56,638 nucleotides of DNA from a virus (taxonomy: Duplodnaviria; Caudoviricetes), in the IMG/VR virus record IMGVR_UViG_3300009494_000003, positions 1-56,638 of that record; one strand, 5' to 3'. Of the stretch, positions 55,952 to 56,638 are shown piece by piece (position 1 is the stretch's first letter; every line of letters starts with the position of its first letter). A program made the translations under genes and the position numbers. The notes under the pieces are model-generated. The model worked only from the letters and a program-made list of their open reading frames with translations, ran no database searches and was not told the DNA's origin.

Positions 55952-56638
55952 ATGGATACTCGCTTCGGACACAACGTAATGCAGGACCTGGCCAATCTCA
56001 GCGACCAGGAAATTCCTGGCCTGGGGATCAACCGGCTGGCTGCGCGCTACAAGAAATCTATCGAGGGGCGCAAAGCTCGCGAACGTGCGCAAGCCAGCGA
56101 ATTCCAGCTGAACGTGCCGCACGCGCATCAAGTTCAGCAACGTCTTGCGCAACACCTCGCGGACGGCGCGGCGCAAATCAATGGCAAGCTGCCTGTCGCG
56201 TCCGTGTACGACGCGCTCCAGATCGTGAAGGCCTGCAAGAGCCTGGAGAAGGATGCGGGTCTTCGTGCGCTCCGTGGACATCTTGAGTCCATGTGGAAGC
56301 GCAATCGGACTGCGACCATCACGGCCTCGTCGTACCTCAAGCTCCACGATCACTATGCGCGTAATTTTCCGAAGTCGGTGGCGACTGATGTTATTGTCGA
56401 GATCGGCCAGCGCGGGTACACGACGTTGCCGCGTGCGGACCTTCACCACATCGCGTCCTTGATCGAGACTCGTGCGGACTACGACCGTGAGATTGTGAAA
56501 TACGGTCTGGAGGGTCCACAGCCTCACCAGGTCAAGGCCCGGAAGTATATCCTGGCGCTGGTCAACGGCGAGGACGACGACCTTCCTTTTGAAGGTAAGA
56601 CAAAGACTGCTACGGATTATGAGACCTGGGACCTCGGG
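55952..56638 (+). CDS. 3'-truncated hypothetical protein
   Basis: RBS GAGGA + ATG 55952; frame open to window end. Confidence 0.6.
   Translation, partial: MDTRFGHNVMQDLANLSDQEIPGLGINRLAARYKKSIEGRKARERAQASEFQLNVPHAHQVQQRLAQHLADGAAQINGKLPVASVYDALQIVKACKSLEKDAGLRALRGHLESMWKRNRTATITASSYLKLHDHYARNFPKSVATDVIVEIGQRGYTTLPRADLHHIASLIETRADYDREIVKYGLEGPQPHQVKARKYILALVNGEDDDLPFEGKTKTATDYETWDLG

Noticed and set aside
1-56638. tRNA/rRNA genes, integrase, cognate restriction endonucleases
   Set aside because: None recognised by eye; the MTases look orphan. tRNAscan and HMM searches were not run.

Overview
This window looks like part of a large tailed dsDNA phage (or phage-like element) genome in standard code 11, with nearly all genes on the + strand. 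It begins with the end of a virion module: baseplate-like proteins, a 1.5-kaa beta-helix tail fibre/spike and a separately promoted lipoprotein with D/S/T repeats suggestive of a Myxococcota/deltaproteobacterial host. An accessory region follows, with DUF4116-like 22-aa repeat proteins and small cassette genes. Next is a long bacterial-style replication/recombination operon: 5'-3' exonuclease-UDG fusion, SNF2 helicase, NUDIX, DnaC, DnaB, primase, sliding clamp, PolA, DnaX, SSB, RecA, Mre11/Rad50, RusA and a trigger-factor-like protein. It is interrupted by three DNA methyltransferases and a tnpA-less IS200/IS605 tnpB. Main findings: (1) a Zn-finger/HNH endonuclease gene nested out of frame in a 648-bp insertion that keeps the host methyltransferase frame open, with no intein signature; (2) accessory genes repeatedly flanked by short, near-exact copies of the ends or starts of other genes, sometimes chimeric copies of loci 3-18 kb away, forming translational-coupling mini-ORFs; (3) a C5 methyltransferase whose motif IX is encoded in an overlapping alternative frame. 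All calls come from manual motif reading; no database searches were run.
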